Below the pieces are notes generated by a model. That model was not told the origin of the DNA and made no database searches. It was given only the letters and a program-made list of their open reading frames with translations. 64,000 nt of DNA, taken from positions 88,948,850 through 89,012,849 of the forward strand of contig NC_068981.1 in NCBI RefSeq assembly GCF_001194135.2, read 5' to 3'. This document shows positions 37,546 to 52,667 of the stretch, piece by piece. Each line of letters opens with the position of its first letter. The stretch's first letter is position 1. The stretch is from Octopus bimaculoides. Lineage: Eukaryota. The translations under genes and the position numbers were made by a program.

Positions 37546-38204
37546 AACACACACACACACTCACACACACATATACATAGATAGATGGATGCGCGCGTGC
37601 ATGTGTAGCTTTAGAAGTAAATAAAATGTTTGCCATAAACTATAGGGCGTTCCTTGTTACTACCTTTACTGTTACTCTAGCGAAGTTTGGTACTAACAGA
37701 CATGTTAAGCATTGTCGCGAAGAATGTACCGACGCTTTCGTATGCTAATAGATTGATATTCCGTTTATTAAATTGAAGTTCCATTTTCATTCGCACTCAT
37801 TCGGAATATTAATAGGATTATAAAACGTGGATAAAAAATATAGTTCATTTGAATTTACGATGAATAAGACACGGTGGACAAGATTAACGGCAGAGTGAGT
37901 TTATCTTGGTTTCTCAGCTTGTGTGCAAGATTCTCCTTCCACTCTATCTGAAGAAATTGTATGGCCAGGATCAATGATGTTGATGATGCTGAAATCTCAT
38001 CAATTCTATAAACGCTCATATTTGGGCAGTTTCCAATCATGTGTTTATGATATATTATACTTTTAATCACGGACAGTGCAGCTGTAATTTTCTTAGAGAC
38101 AACAATATTTTCATATCGCATCAGACATGACTCCAAAGCCTGTTAATTTCTCTCCGCTCTTTTGCACACACAAATATGAAGCGCACACGTATCTGTGTGA
38201 ATAG

Positions 38205-38693
38205 TCACAAGCGTAAGTGTATGGTCGATAAGCTTCTTTAGCAACAGTGTGGCCTTGCGTTCAGTCCGATTACACGGCACTTTTAGCAAGTATCTTCTAC
38301 TACAGCCTCGGGACGACCACAACCCTTTAGTAGATTTAGTAGATGGAAACTGAAAGAAGCCTTCGTATATATATATATATATATGTATATACATATATAT
38401 ATGGAAACTTGAGCATGTGTCTTCTACTATAGTCTCGGGCCGACCTAAGAAGCCCGTCGTATATGTGTGTGTGTGTGTGTATTCGTATATGTGTGTCTGT
38501 GTTTGTCCCCCCACCATCGTTTGACGGTCGATGTTAGTGTGTTTACGCCCCGGCAAAAGAGATTGATAGAATAAGTATTAGGCTTACAAAAGAAAAGGTG
38601 CGGGGTTCGATTTGTTCGACTAAAGGCGTTGCTCCAGCATGGCCGCAGTGAAATGACTGAAACAAATAAAAGAATAAAAAAGAATAAAAGAAT
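38205..38693 (+). mobile_element. Composite SINE type A (5' half followed by a second, internally deleted copy)
   Basis: cttctactacagcctcggg...aactgaaagaagc, then again cttctactatagtctcgggccgacc|aagaagcccgtcg; tail gactgaaacaaataaaagaat. Confidence 0.8.
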
Positions 38694-39059
38694 ATATATA
38701 TATATAGTCTGTCATACCGGCCATGACGAAGGGAAATAGCCCTGAAACTCGAGTCGCCTTTATATATTTATATTTATATTTATATATTTGATCTTTTATA
38801 TTGAACACTCAATATTTCATCTACATTCAATACTTTATTTCATGGTGCCATCCATTTTTATTTTATTTTATTTTATATTATATATTGTATATTATATTAT
38901 ATATTGTATATTCCATATTCTATACCCCACATTGGTTCTGCAGGAATATAAATAAAACATAAAAAACAGACAGTGTTGGAACTCTTTTAAACAAAATAAT
39001 ATATTCCTCTATACACAATCATACAAAAAAACCACCTTTTTTGTATTTATTTTTACTCG

Positions 39060-39096
<37 letters not shown>

Positions 39097-39384
39097 TAGA
39101 GAAAAAAACCCACAAATATTTAATTCATCCATGAAAATCCACAATCACATATAGAAAAAATTAATAAGTAAATACACTAAAAAGACCTATAATAAAAATC
39201 AAAAAAGTACCAAGTAATAAACGTAACAGGTACCTTGAGCGCCAACGTTAATCCGTCGCTCAGTTTAGTTCTGTCTATGTTCTTCCTGAGTACGTGTATT
39301 AGAGTTCACGTTGCGGCAAGTATTCATGTTAAGTCCTTGGTTTAGTCCTACCAATCTTGAAGTGAGTGTGGTGTGGGTAGTGTT

Positions 39385-39401
39385 TGTGTGTGTGTGTGTG
39401 T

Positions 39402-39475
<74 letters not shown>

Positions 39476-39543
39476 CGTGTGTGCATGCGTGTGAGTGTGT
39501 GTGTGTATTGTGTGTGTTTGTTTGTGTGTGTGTGTGTGTGTGT
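39385..39543. repeat. (GT)n microsatellite
   Basis: Directly visible. Confidence 0.97.
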
Positions 39544-41451
39544 TTCAGGGTAGATGAAATAAAAAAGGAAGGTATTGTGGAGATTGCGAGAAAAGAGTAA
39601 GAAAACATGTTAGAATGACTGTAGTGTGATGACAATTTAAATGATTTTCTGGGAGAATCTAATCTGCTATAGATTAGATTCAATTCATTCTCTCTTTCAC
39701 ACAAACGCGTGCGCAAATAAAGGCATGCATATATATGACTATGTGCTGTGTATGTGTTAGTCTGTATAAGCAGGTATGTGTACAGGGATGTGTGTATGCT
39801 AAATACATGCACACACGAATGCGTACATGTTGTGTATGTTAATTTAGTAAAAATAAAAAGTGCTTGTTTTACAGATTATGCGAATATTTATATCTAGATA
39901 ATTTATTATAATAAGTTATTTCTAAACAGAATATTCTTCAGTCTAATACTTGTATTTTAAAGTTATATACTTGTTGTCATTTCGTATTGCTCGAAAAATG
40001 TTCTCAGATCACGTTTATTATATCACTGAAAGTGACAATATCCCCACTGGGATATAACTAGACGACATAAAATTTCTATTAGCTCATGTTTTATATGATA
40101 ACGACTATGTAAATTTGAAAGACCAAAGAAAAGGAAAATATTCTGAATCTCGTAAAATATGTGTTTGATGTACAGTCATTTTGATCTTGCTTCTTATGAT
40201 ATCGCTTCTATTTAAAGTACGAACCGGATTATTATTTTGTGAATAGTAAAAGAAAAAGACACACTCAACATGCTCTTTAACATGTCTACCGCTATAGATT
40301 TCATGATGTCAGTCTGGCAGTACAAACACCAAAGATCGATAAGATAAGTGCAAGAATTTAGTGATATATTGGCAACAGCCGTGTTTAGCAAATCACCTCT
40401 AAAGCGATCGAACATAAGAATATTAAAAGTGGAATTTTATTTACTATTTGCTTTACAAGTTTCGTACTTCAGTGCATAAAGCGAAAGTGTTTGGCTTTCG
40501 GTAAGTAATCTATGAGTGGTTTCAAGTCCTTGTTCAAACCATTTTAGTTCATTTTCGCATAATAACGTACTCAGTAGGGGTGAATAACACCTCACTATTA
40601 TTTTCGTTTTCCATTTAGTTTATTTGAGACAATGCTCACATATAAAAGCAGCGGCAACAAAATGAATATTGTAATTGTTGTATATATTCTTTTTAATGCT
40701 ACTAAATATACTACGGGGTAACGAAATTATTATGTACAGTTTCTTGACACTTTAGATAATGCAGCTAAATCCTTTTCAAATAAAGGCAAATCCTCATACG
40801 TTAGATAATGGAGTCCTAAATACACTGTCTAAAAGTTTCTGAAAATAAGATGCCTTTGATTATAAAGAATGTTGAATCAGGAATTACCTGGATTTAATAG
40901 CAACAATATTAGCAGCAGAATTAAAAGAAAAATTGTAGATTTACATATATGTCTTCATGAAACAAGTCGCTGCATCAACAGAGAAATTAGACGATGTACG
41001 TCGTTATATGCAATGTCAAGTTGGTTGATAATGCCTGTGCAGGGTTTTAATTGAAAAGAATTCCTCCTTATCTTTCTAGATATTAAGAAAAACCAATAAT
41101 ATGACACAAAGTAATGATTATAAGAAATAGTTGCTTGGAGAGTTATACATTACAATATTTAATTAAACGAATTATGCTTATTGAAAACGTAACTAAAAAT
41201 TAAATAAATAATTTCGTCTTCACATAAGTTTTAATCAATATAATTCATTTTTTTTCCTTGTGAATCTTGATAGGATAAATACCATCGCAGACTCAGACGA
41301 CTCCAAACACTATTTACAGCATAATTAGATTTCATTGAACTATATTTTTGTTAGCTGCTACGACAGCTCTTCCAACTCTGAAGCGATTACAATATATGAC
41401 GCTATTAAATTAATCATAGGGAATGTACTCTTTTCTTAGTCAAATTTTAAG

Positions 41452-42068
41452 TTCCTGTTCACTTCAAAGGCAATTATCTACTTCAAAAGATACCACCCTT
41501 CAGCCTAACCCTTCGGTCGGAGGTTTCACCTCAATACAATATCATTAAATATCTACATGTACTCTTGATCAATTTTCGGTCACAGGTTGCAGATATTTCA
41601 CAGGAAATAAATTGTTAACATCTATACAACTTCACAACTTGTAATTTATTTTTCCTTACATCAATCTAAAGCCTTGAAATCTCTTTCATTGTGTGTACTA
41701 TTGAGGAATGATCAAACATTTCTTGTAGCTTGTCAAAGATGTATTGAAAGACATCTTGCCGAAAAATGTTAACTCAACCATATTTTAATGCTAACTCCAG
41801 TAGTAACCGTTCATATGACGGTGACCCAGGGCGGCGAACGAAGGTCAATTAAGAAGTTTCAAGTTACTAAAGAGGATGGAAAACGTAAAAACATTTGTCC
41901 ACAAACTTTAATGTGTTTGGAGTGTGTTTTACTTGAGTGTTAACAAGATATTAGCTTGAATGCCGCGTCAATTTTGCAGCGTTTGTTGGAAATTTATGGA
42001 TATTACTAAGTTTAGATAGTTCTTTTTAATATGTTAACTACTTTGCTTTTGAATAACTAACAAAAGAA
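41452..42068 (-). mobile_element. Possible very old Tc1/mariner deletion derivative
   Basis: A frameshifted PPGSP.MN..YYW-like motif near 41790-41835 (compare WPPxSPDLNPxDY) and weak terminal inverted similarity. Confidence 0.3.
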
Positions 42069-42949
42069 CGATGAGTTTAATTTCTGAAATGTTTAATAAA
42101 ATATACACAGAACAACATTTTGATAGGAAGATGAAAGAAAAGAACGGCAATGGTTCAGGTAAAAAGAAAAAAAAGAAGGTATTTTATCATCAACGATAAA
42201 AATAACAGTTTAAAACGATAAAAGTAAATGCTTTTGAGATAAAGTATCACAGTAAGTGATTTTGTTGTGTAATAGAAACCAAGCTTCAATGAAATTAGGA
42301 GGAAAACGGAAAATAAATACATAGATGATAATGTTGTTATGTAAAATCGATAGTGAGTTAAGTAAAAATACAAACAAAATAGCCAAACAATGAAAGTGAG
42401 AGTGAAAGTAAGAGAGCCGTTAGATAAGGCCAATAAAAAATCTTTTGGGTGATAAGCAGTAAATCTGAAGGAAATATTAGAAAATAACCCAAAGAACTTA
42501 TGAAAGTACACAGCGTGTCGGATTTCTTAAATGCACAAGGAATATAATTAGGACATTGATCAGGTAGGTTAATGTACTATATACAGTAAGGTAGAATGTT
42601 GCAACATACTTGCCAAAATATATGGTATTTTATCAACTTGCCGATATGAGCTTTTTTATTTCTTATATCTACATGTTTATGGAAATTGTAAGAAACGAGA
42701 GATGCTACGTCGTGATTTCTAAAAGATTTTGCATTTTAAACTATGTTCAATTTCAACATTAATATTTCTTGTTTTTATACTTATCATCTGACATAGGGCA
42801 TGAAGTCTAAGATTTTTAAAGATTTCATGATAAAATGGGTTGTGAGAATCAAAAACGTTAGCCTGGTCATTCCAGACTTTGTGAAAATATACAAAAATCA
42901 ATATTACTCTGATACTTTTAAAGAATATATACTATAGCTACGATAGAGT

Positions 42950-45375
42950 GAAAGAAAAATGTGCACTTCCACAAAACACTTATGCAACATGTAATCAGAT
43001 GTAAACAACATAGAAAACAGATATCCTGAGAAAGAGAGAAAATAAAAGAAAAGAAATCTCAAACTTTTATGAAATCAACAAGAAGGGGAAAACCAACAAA
43101 CAAGAAAGACAGACTAATACCACAGTAATTCAGGATAACAAAAGAATACCCGAAGTCAAAGCACGCCGTACACAAACGAATGATCAAAGTCTCTTCATTA
43201 TGAAATGTGTTTACAAAAATAAAGCAAAAACAAAAATATAAATCAATGTGGAGTCAACAGCGATAAAAAAGAGACATTTTGTGGAGATGTATGGATAGTG
43301 AACGGGTCATCGTGGACGATAGAGTTAAAAAAAAAACAAATGAGGCAGTTGGATACTCGTGAGAATCAATAAGCAATGCAAGAAGTAACTGAAACTCTAG
43401 AAAGAATGGATATAAGTAAATGATAAAATTTCACACTCATGGATGAAATATTTAACATTCATGCCGGTAAAAAAATTCTTAATGGATAGGTAATCAAAGA
43501 AGAGATCATGTTAATCCTGAAGATCATAGGTAGAGCAAAATGTTAAAATCAACGACCAATATTTTACATACCCACAGCTTTAGGAAATAACATCACTGGA
43601 AATAAATACTCATCCGAATAAGAAACTCACTTAAGTGAAAATTGTACAATGAGAAATAATGGAGTACTTTTCAGAAGGCTTTTAACTGTTATCCTTGAGA
43701 CTAGGACTCATTACCTATGAATATTATAGCGTCAACAAGCAGCAGGTATATTAAGAGTGTTATAAAGAGCAGGAGGATTTCTAGAAAAACGGAAATCATC
43801 CCAGCAAAAACTATTCCATAGAGATTTCCTTCCTTAACTCTTTTTCTGCTTAGTGTTAAAACAGTTAAGCAACATGCTAAACGCAGATATAAATGCTATG
43901 GAAAGAGAAAAAGTCTTTTTCTATGGGTGGTACCATATTGAACACTACAGATATTAACTGGAAATATTGCTACACACAGTAGACGGCTTTAAGAGAGATG
44001 TTGAGAGAATGTAATTCGGTTTAGAAAAATGTGCAGATCTACTTTAAAAGAGGAACATAAAAACATTAATATCACAGTAGATGAAAAGATAAAGATAAGA
44101 AACAAATCGACTAAACACAAATTTATAATTGATCAGGAATTAATGAACTAGACAGAGTGCAACTCACACAAATAACATAAAGCATTTGGAAAGAATATCA
44201 TTGAATATTATATTAATACATAAAACATATAAATATGAATAAACAAAACAAAACAAAATCAAACTAAGCTAAGTAGCATCACCATCCTAACTGTTCCAAG
44301 TCATAAGTCTGAGGTATAATATGAACCGTAGTTAAGTGAATTAGAAAGTCTAGATACAAAAAACAACAACAACAACAAAATAATGACTAAATTTTGAATA
44401 CACAACCTAAAAGCTGATGCAGAGATATAATAATAATCGTTCTTACGGAGTAGTAGGGGACCTTCTGTAACTGAAAACATTTCATTTTATAAAATATGTA
44501 CTGTAGTAATGCCGAAGTATCTAGTGAATAATGCAGCAGAACTAAAAACAAATAGTTACAAAACATGAACGGAACAAAAGGCTGCTTCTCTTTGCAAGAA
44601 AGCTAACAAACAGAAAACAGAATCTGGTGACAACAGAGATTTGTGAAATAGTTAAACAAATAACAGCATAAACGACTACATTGGGGAGGTGAATAAAGAA
44701 AACAACTCAATACTGGCTAACATGCATGGACGAAGCTGAGTTGGAAAGCGTTTTGTTTGCGACACCACTGTAAAATATTCGCATTAGAAACTACGTAGAT
44801 TAGATAATGAAGCAGGATACAAAGATGTAAATGCTTAATATGTGGAAATTGCGAGAACAGAATTTGTTTCTATCTGACCTGTGTCAGCCAAAAAGGAATA
44901 TACATATTTCTAACACAGATTCAGTACAGATTCATATACTGGAAGTAATTGCAGCATTATGAAATATGCCCGGAAAAAGAGATAGTACAAACTTACACTA
45001 CAACAATGTCTTAGCGAATGAGAAAAGGACCACACTCCACGACATGTTAAGTCACATATTACTGGAGATTAAAGAAATGCTACCTGATATTGCCAAAGAC
45101 CCATAGACCTGTATTATATCTCTTAATTGATGTGCCAATTCCAACAGACAGAAGCATTACTCTGACAGAAATAGAGAAATTATTCAACTAAAAGACCTAG
45201 AGATGAAGATAAACAAAATGTGGGGATTGAAAACAAAAGCATTGCCCGTGTTACATGGTGCCTTGGAAATGATGCAAAAGAAAGAAGACAAAAACATCCC
45301 TCGAGCACACAAACTAAGGAAAGCATTATGATTAAGCGCTACATACATTTTACGTCAAGATGTACTTGAATGTAA
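42950..45375 (+). mobile_element. Old, heavily decayed R4/Dong-like LINE spanning the RT and REL domains
   Basis: Remnants: LFFCLVLKQLSNMLN (RT), FGLEKCA, LIDVPIPTDRSITLTEIEKL..KDLEMKINKMWGLKTKALPV..GAL (endonuclease). Many stops and frameshifts. Confidence 0.75.
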
Positions 45376-45439
45376 AATAAAACGGTCTCAGTAAATTCGA
45401 CGAACATAGTTGTACACAGAAAGTACGAAGTTAACTCTA

Positions 45440-45660
45440 CAGAAACAACCAATTGCAATTTTTGGTCGAGGATCAACAACTTTTAAGGAAAGGAGGTGGC
45501 TGTTGAATACATCGACCCCAGCGATCAGCTGGTACTTATTTTATCGACCCCAAAAGGTGATGTCAGCCTCAGCGGAATTTGAACTCGACGTATAGACGGA
45601 TTGAATTCCGTTAAGCATTTTGTCCGGTGTTCTAATGATTTTGCCAGCTCACCGTCTTTT
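45440..45660 (-). mobile_element. SINE type B
   Basis: catcgacccc...ggtacttattttatcgacccc...ggaatttgaactc...taagcattttgtccgg...gccagctcaccgtctt. Confidence 0.8.
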
Positions 45661-47154
45661 GCCATCAGAAGCGAAGTTGTTGGGGGCTGTAAAAGAACGA
45701 AGAACAAAAGAAATGAGCAGGTAAGACGAAGTCTAAGACATACATTGGGTAAAATTATAACGAGAAATGCTCTTTGAGATTTTGAATTCTACCGGCCGAA
45801 TTTTCCTACATCTGGTGACAGTATGCAATGACCTCCAAGTAATTGTATATATGACAAACACCCAGCCTGGGTTAGTGCTTGTGGAATGACGTATCTGAAT
45901 TTCGTACAAATGGCATCAACACCGTCATTGAGGTATTGCTGTAGAGATTATCAGCCTTTGCGCGAATGTTCATGCGAGCATTAGTAAAAAATGTTGATGA
46001 TAATGACATTAGTAACGATGATGATGATGATGATGATGATGATGATATACAGTGCAGTGAGTATCGAAAAATGCAATGATCATTGCAACGATAATAATAC
46101 ATGCGGGAAGTTTTTGCTGTGGGATATTAACATTCAGTCATCGAATTGAGATTAAAAAGATATTGATATATTTCACTAGTCTTAACTCTCATAGTTCTCC
46201 CAAGAAACATTTCGTGTACTTATACAACGAAGGGAAGATATTTTAATGGTTCGGTTCGAATGTATAATATACTTTCATCGAATTTCTCGCTACATCCATC
46301 GAGAACACCTCACAAAATATACGAGTATTTTAGGCCAACAATAAAGCACGCTTCTGTCCGTCACTTTGCTTTATTTTTATTTCTTCTTCGTCCATAAAAC
46401 CACAATTTCACACCAGGATTAGCTGTGTTCAGCCTAACTGCACAGTGCACTGAATATAATGTAATAAAATATAATGTGATATTGTGTTAGATATAATCAT
46501 ACGATGGTGGAGAGATAACCGCTCCCCCGAGGCTTAGAAAATTAATAAAGCTATTTTCTTTCTTTCGTTCCCAATTTTCTTTACCAGTTATTCTTTTGTG
46601 TATTTATGGTTTTATTATTTAAAATATTTTCCATTCTCTATTTGTTTGTTTGTTTCTTTCTATATTTCAATCTTAAATGTATATTTATGTATTTTGTATG
46701 TAGTCATAGCCTAGTGTATATTTATATATTTTTATAGTTATTTGTGTGTAACTGCCTAACTGAACTTTAGCATGACTACATTTAGCTTAGTATCTCTCCA
46801 AAATAGACCAAAAATATTCTAGTGATTCAATAACATTACTATATATATTATCTAATTTCTAGTTATTGTCAACTACACTCGCTAAATTTCGAAAAGAATG
46901 CATGAACGCATCATGAATTCAATGCCCCTAACGTATATGTACCTATGGCTTTTGGAAAATGCTGAAAAATGCTGAAACTTTGAATTGACTGAATTACCTG
47001 TGCATTGAAATAGCGTAAAAAAGTTGTTGAACATTCCGCAGTATTCAACGTGTACCCTTAATGTAGTTTTCACGTAAAATCAGCGCGGTACACCGTGCGA
47101 AAAGGTTGAACGTTTGAGTCACAGGTCAATGACTCCAACGAACGTCAACACATT

Positions 47155-47280
47155 TCCCATCTATACAGTTTCACCATTAAAGCTTGTGTCAGCCAAAGCC
47201 TATGGTATAAAGCACTTGTCCAAGATGCCATATAAGGTCATCGAAATCAGGACCTCATAATTACAAAGTCAACTTCTTAA
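47155..47280 (-). mobile_element. SINE type A 5' remnant
   Basis: cagtttc...aagc...cacttgtccaagatgcca...gaaatcaggacc is the reverse complement of the type A head. Confidence 0.5.
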
Positions 47281-49829
47281 TATTTCGGTCAAAATTTCTC
47301 TAATCAAATAACCGTGATTAGGAAGCATTTCGCACCTTACACTGCAACCATAGAATCACTGTAAAATTAATACATATTTTATAAAGTTAGTTCAACTTCA
47401 TCCCACATTATATGTTTGAATCTTTACAAGCATAATGAAAAATGTGACTCCTTTTCTTTTAACCTTTTTGTTGCCACATTTCAGTTGAACTACAATGTTT
47501 TTGAATATGAGGAATAATTTAGAGAAGTAATTTGGTATCAAAGGTCTAAGGGCGGTCTTGTGTAGGTGGGTATCAAAAGTGTTAAACTCTGAATATAAAA
47601 TACTAATACATTTTTATTTAGTCAACGAAAGCCAACAGATATGTTTTTTAGTATAGTAAGTCAAAAGGTGGACTATGAAAACCGCAGCATTGATATCCTT
47701 ACCTGAACAATGGAATACTTTCCAATAGATATGACTAAAAAGTAATTACATTAAAAACATTTTTTTTCCTTCGAACATTTTAAGGTGATTGGTTTGGCTC
47801 TAAATAATTGTTGGATCAGCAGGAGATATAGGCTATTTTTGCGATAGAATAATTTAATCACAGAATTCATATTAATCTGAATTCATATCGATTATACATT
47901 ATGATAGATATTAAAATGTATAGCAGCCCTTGCTTTCGAACACTTTTGTGGCAAAACATCTTAGATTTCCTGTAAACATTTCTACATTCTTTAAACACTG
48001 CACGCTCCCTCTTTCTCTCTGAGTCATTCAATAACTAATATCCTGTCGCTGTGTACATTCTGCACTTTTATACATCTTATCTCTGTATATTACTTCTCGC
48101 AAGTAGCTTCCATCACTTCCTATATTTCCGTTTTGTCTTTCGTCTATCTTTTGTACCTTTATTATTTACCCCTTATTCACGTCACTACAGATTTATCGTT
48201 CAATCATCTTCTTTAAGTGTCTCTCATTTGCATGTTCTCTTTGTTTAAGTTAATTTCGCTGGTTAACCACACACAAGCTATTCTCTTTCCTTCATTCCAT
48301 TCTTTTCGCTTCTACGCTATCACTATATTTCTATACTTACTGTCCCTACCACGTTCATCGTATATATGTTACGTCGATAATAGTATTGTTTTTATCTAGC
48401 TAAAGCTTTAGTTTTACTTAATATCAAAATATGCTGAAGGAAAAAACGGATATTAAGGACGTCTTAGAGGAATTATCAAACGGGGAACACTGCAGATATC
48501 AAAAAGTGTGGCATATAGAGACGAACTTTAAGGATGGTGGGAGATTATTTACAAATGGATATTATTGACAAAAAAAGCCAAATATATACGAGTGAAAGTT
48601 ATTAAGATTTAAATGGAGAAATGTCACCAGATATGAAAGACGTCTATGCAAATATGTGCGTGTATGTATGTGCGTATAAATATCTGCGTCTTTGTATGTG
48701 AGTGTATGTTTGTGTGTTTCAGCCCGCTCAAGCATAAGCGTGTTTGATGTTTGCATGTAGTCATTTTTGCTTGTATGTATACCTATGTGTATTTCTGTTT
48801 ATGTGTATGCATGGGTATGGGGTGTGCTACCGTGATTTAAGTTATGCCACTTGGGAAATCAATCTGATTGATAGACCTCTATAATAAAAGTAAAGAGAAA
48901 AAACGACGTAAAAGAAAATTGCGGAACACAAGGATGACAAATAGAAAGATAAATAGTATCAGAGATAAAAATAGTGTAACAGGTTACTAAATATAGTCAT
49001 ATTGAAGTGGTATTGATCTAGAGATTGGTAAATACATGTATAAATATATATACATTTGTGCGTGTGTATGTGTGTGAGTGCCAGTAAGTACTTCTCTGTG
49101 TGTATGTTTTTGTATACATATACATTTATATACACACACATACACACACATATAGATACACAATTATATATACACACACAATATGTATGTACGCACAGAC
49201 ATGTTTATATAGAAACACATATATATGTGTTTGCACGTACGTATTTATGTATGTATTGTTACAATATAATACCTTATCGGCCAGATATCTTCATTCTTCT
49301 CTTTTGTCAATGTCATGTTTTTCCTAATAAACTCCTACAGTTTTCTGAAGCAAAAATTCGACAGTGTTGGAGCTAAGATTATTCAAAATCTTAAGACGTC
49401 AGAAGATTTTGCGAAAAGATATTTATTAGTGGTTTCGTAAGACTACATTAATGTTCTATTAATAGTAACTCATTAGGGAGAAAAAAAAAATTGATTCACA
49501 AAATATATTTTATCGTTTTCGAAAAAATAACAAGATCAACAATCACGAATACTTAACTACAACAGAAGTATTTGACCAAGTATTGATCGGAAGAAGTATT
49601 AGCAAGCTTTCCTTTATATAGAAAATATGTGTTCATATGATTCCCTAATTAAACTGAGATACTTCATTCATGTTTCGAGAACCCGTGGTCATAGAATTTT
49701 TAAATTCGCATTCGATTGCGTAGAAATTCGTCGTGTAGATGCGGACATTTCCATATAAATACATACGTATGTATGTGTGTGTGTGTGTGTCTATGTCTCT
49801 GTGTACGTGCGTTTGCAAGTGCATGTATT

Positions 49830-50015
49830 TGTCCCTGTGTTTGTATTCGTTACTCCACTTCTTAACCGATTTTGGATTGTTGACGCTCTTGCAGTATGAC
49901 AATCTCGCAAAAGAGTAAACTACACAACAAGTACCTGATTTAAGTATTAAGGGTAATTTGTTCGACAAACCGCAGAAGGCATAGGCGCAGTCCAATGACT
50001 GAAACAAGCAAAAGT
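49830..50015 (+). mobile_element. SINE type A 3' remnant
   Basis: gcaaaagag...aagtac...gatttgttcgac-like...gcagtccaatgactgaaacaagcaaaag. Confidence 0.6.
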
Positions 50016-50792
50016 ACAACAAATTAAAATAAAATAGTTTAACGTAAGGATCCATTTTCCACCATTGTTCATCATATCAATAGACCCCGCCAATTTCCAG
50101 AGAATGAGAAACGTTTTCGGAGTGACCTAGATTACAATACCCCTTATTATTGCATGTTTGGCGTCCATATTGTATGGAATACTGAATATAGTTTTCCGAT
50201 GTTACGCATAGTGATATCACGAATTGCATAATCAGTAACATATCAGATTCTTTTCTAACTTTAATATCTATCCTAAATCTTAACATAATTTTTTTTCCCA
50301 AATTCACCACTCTTTCTTTAGAACTTTCAATTAATATTGATAAAAAGCAGTTTATTCTGTAAAATATCTACGTATCATATCACGTCAAAGAAACTGAACA
50401 AATTTAGCTTTGGTCATGTACAAAATTACCATTGTATAACCAATTAGGCCGACATTATGCTTGTAAACTTATGGCAAATTGTAAAAACAATTTTGATAAT
50501 TTTCACAGACATTCTTAATCTTTGTAATTAAATTCTACATAAATATTCCTTTCACATTGTGAAAAACAAGAAAAGAAGAAAACGGATATATAATAGAACT
50601 AAAGCACAAAGAGAAACTCAGAGTCCTTTCTGGTGGCGTTTGGAATATTAATATGAGGTTAAGCAGCGCATAGTATAAAGCAATAATGTAAAAAAGAACG
50701 TGATTTTTTTCTACGCATTTTACAATAAAAGCTATATGTCAGAAGTCATCATCATCTTCTGTTACCTTCATCATGGCGCTCACTATCACCAT

Positions 50793-50955
50793 CTTACTCC
50801 TCCTCCTCCTCCTCCTCCTCCTCCTCCTCCTCATCATCATCATCATCATCAACAACAACAACATCAACAACAGGAACAGGAACAATAATTGTAGAAGCTT
50901 CAGTAACAGCAAAAACAGCAGAAGTAACAGCAGCAGCAGAAGCAGCAGCAGCAAA
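50793..50955. repeat. Compound trinucleotide tract (CTC)n(ATC)n(AAC)n(AGC)n
   Basis: Directly visible; gives homopolymer-peptide ORFs in several frames. Confidence 0.9.
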
Positions 50956-52207
50956 TACAACAGCATCACTATCGCATCGCAATTCTAGTTTTCATTACTG
51001 TCATTGCCAAGCATCATTATCAACATCCACGTTGTCTTCAGTAACATTTCCTTCGTCACCATAATCTTCAAGTAGACTATGTAGTCAATCAAATAAATGG
51101 ACGTTCTCTAAATCGTTGATAATATGATTTACAGATTGCTTAAATCATCCAGAAAAGAGTGAATAAATAAGCAAATAAATAACTAATAAATAACTGAATG
51201 AATATAATAAATAAATAAAAATAGCTTCTTTGCCATATTTCAGCTCAGCTCTACTCATTCGTTCATTTACACCATTTTTTAATATCAATTCATGCGATAA
51301 AATATTTATGAAAATTGTGGTAAATGTCGCAGAAAAATTGACAACGAAATGTTTGCAAACAAAATCTATTGTCAAGGTTTCGTATTAATGTTGGAATAAT
51401 TTTAATTATCTTCAAATATAATTCTTATTAAATGCACAACTGGCTTACATTGTTATATCGTCTCCCCAAAAATCTTAATTGCTTTTGTTTACCTCAAGAT
51501 CAGCTGTGTTCAACTTGACTTATGATCCTTCATATTCCATCCACAACATTCCTGCATTACTAAGTGTATGTAGGATTATAATTTCTTACCTGCCCTTTAT
51601 TTAAAACGGCAAGCGTGATTTGGGAATAATTATGCACCTTTTAACTTTTACATGTTTCAGTAATCAAATTACAACCATTCTGAAAATTAGACGTGTGACT
51701 CACAACCTCTAGGTTACTCAAGCGGTCAACTAAGTATTAATTAACCTCGACATTGCACAACTTCGGTGATCAGGCAAAAACCATTGTTTTCATAATGGTA
51801 TGGTGGTAAAGCTTCTGTGTTATTTAAATTACTTTCCATTGTCCTAGACAACAGTATATATTTTGGGACTAGTTTGGCTGCGGCTTCTAACAAATTGCGT
51901 TACAACGTAAGGAGTATGTCGTCGCCGTCGACGCATTTGAGAGAAAACCTTATATGCAATAAGATTCTGTTGGAAACAAAGAATTTTAATTTTGCTCTAT
52001 TAAAATAAATTATAATAGTTTTCAATCTTGACATATGGCTAGCAATTTTCAGAGAAGGTTTAAGGCAATTTCATCGAACTTATTGTTCGCAATTACCAGT
52101 GTTTTTATTGTGACACCATCACTAGAAGTATCATCGTGGGGATAATAGAAACTCTCGTCCTCTCTTTTTTCTTACACTCTCTTTCTCTGTCTATCTGTCT
52201 GTCTGTC

Positions 52208-52242
<35 letters not shown>

Positions 52243-52666
52243 ATATATATATATATATATAAATGAGCAAATATTCGAATGAATATTCATGTAGGTATTA
52301 TTATTAATATTATCATTTGCAGCAAATATATAAATAATTAATAATAATAACAACAATAATATTAGTGGCCAGCAAGCAATAAAGCCGTTATATGGCTAAT
52401 CAATAAAATTTTATTAAAATTTTATAAATGATAAATTTATTAATTATAAAATTTATATTTATATATATATATACATACATACAGATATATATATGTTATG
52501 TAAATATATATATGCACACACACATATTTGCATATATGTGTGCATAGATGTGGACGTTTAAATATACATTATATATAGGTTTGCTTTAGTGAGTGGATAG
52601 AAATTATGATGCCGTGGGAAAAAGAGAAAAGAAATAGACTAATACGTAGATAGAGAGATGGAGATG

Positions 52667-52667
<1 letters not shown>

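Noticed and set aside
42155-42511. 118-aa hydrophobic ORF that looks like a membrane protein or NUMT
   Set aside because: The F/L/Y richness follows from T-rich composition; no recognisable mitochondrial or receptor motif.
46428-47110. Possible piggyBac-type MITE from a 17/25 inverted match at the ends
   Set aside because: The match is weak and there is no TTAA or direct TSD.
50700-50988. Poly-P/H/Q ORF resembling a transcription-factor low-complexity region
   Set aside because: A compound trinucleotide repeat open in several frames, with no flanking domain or splice support.
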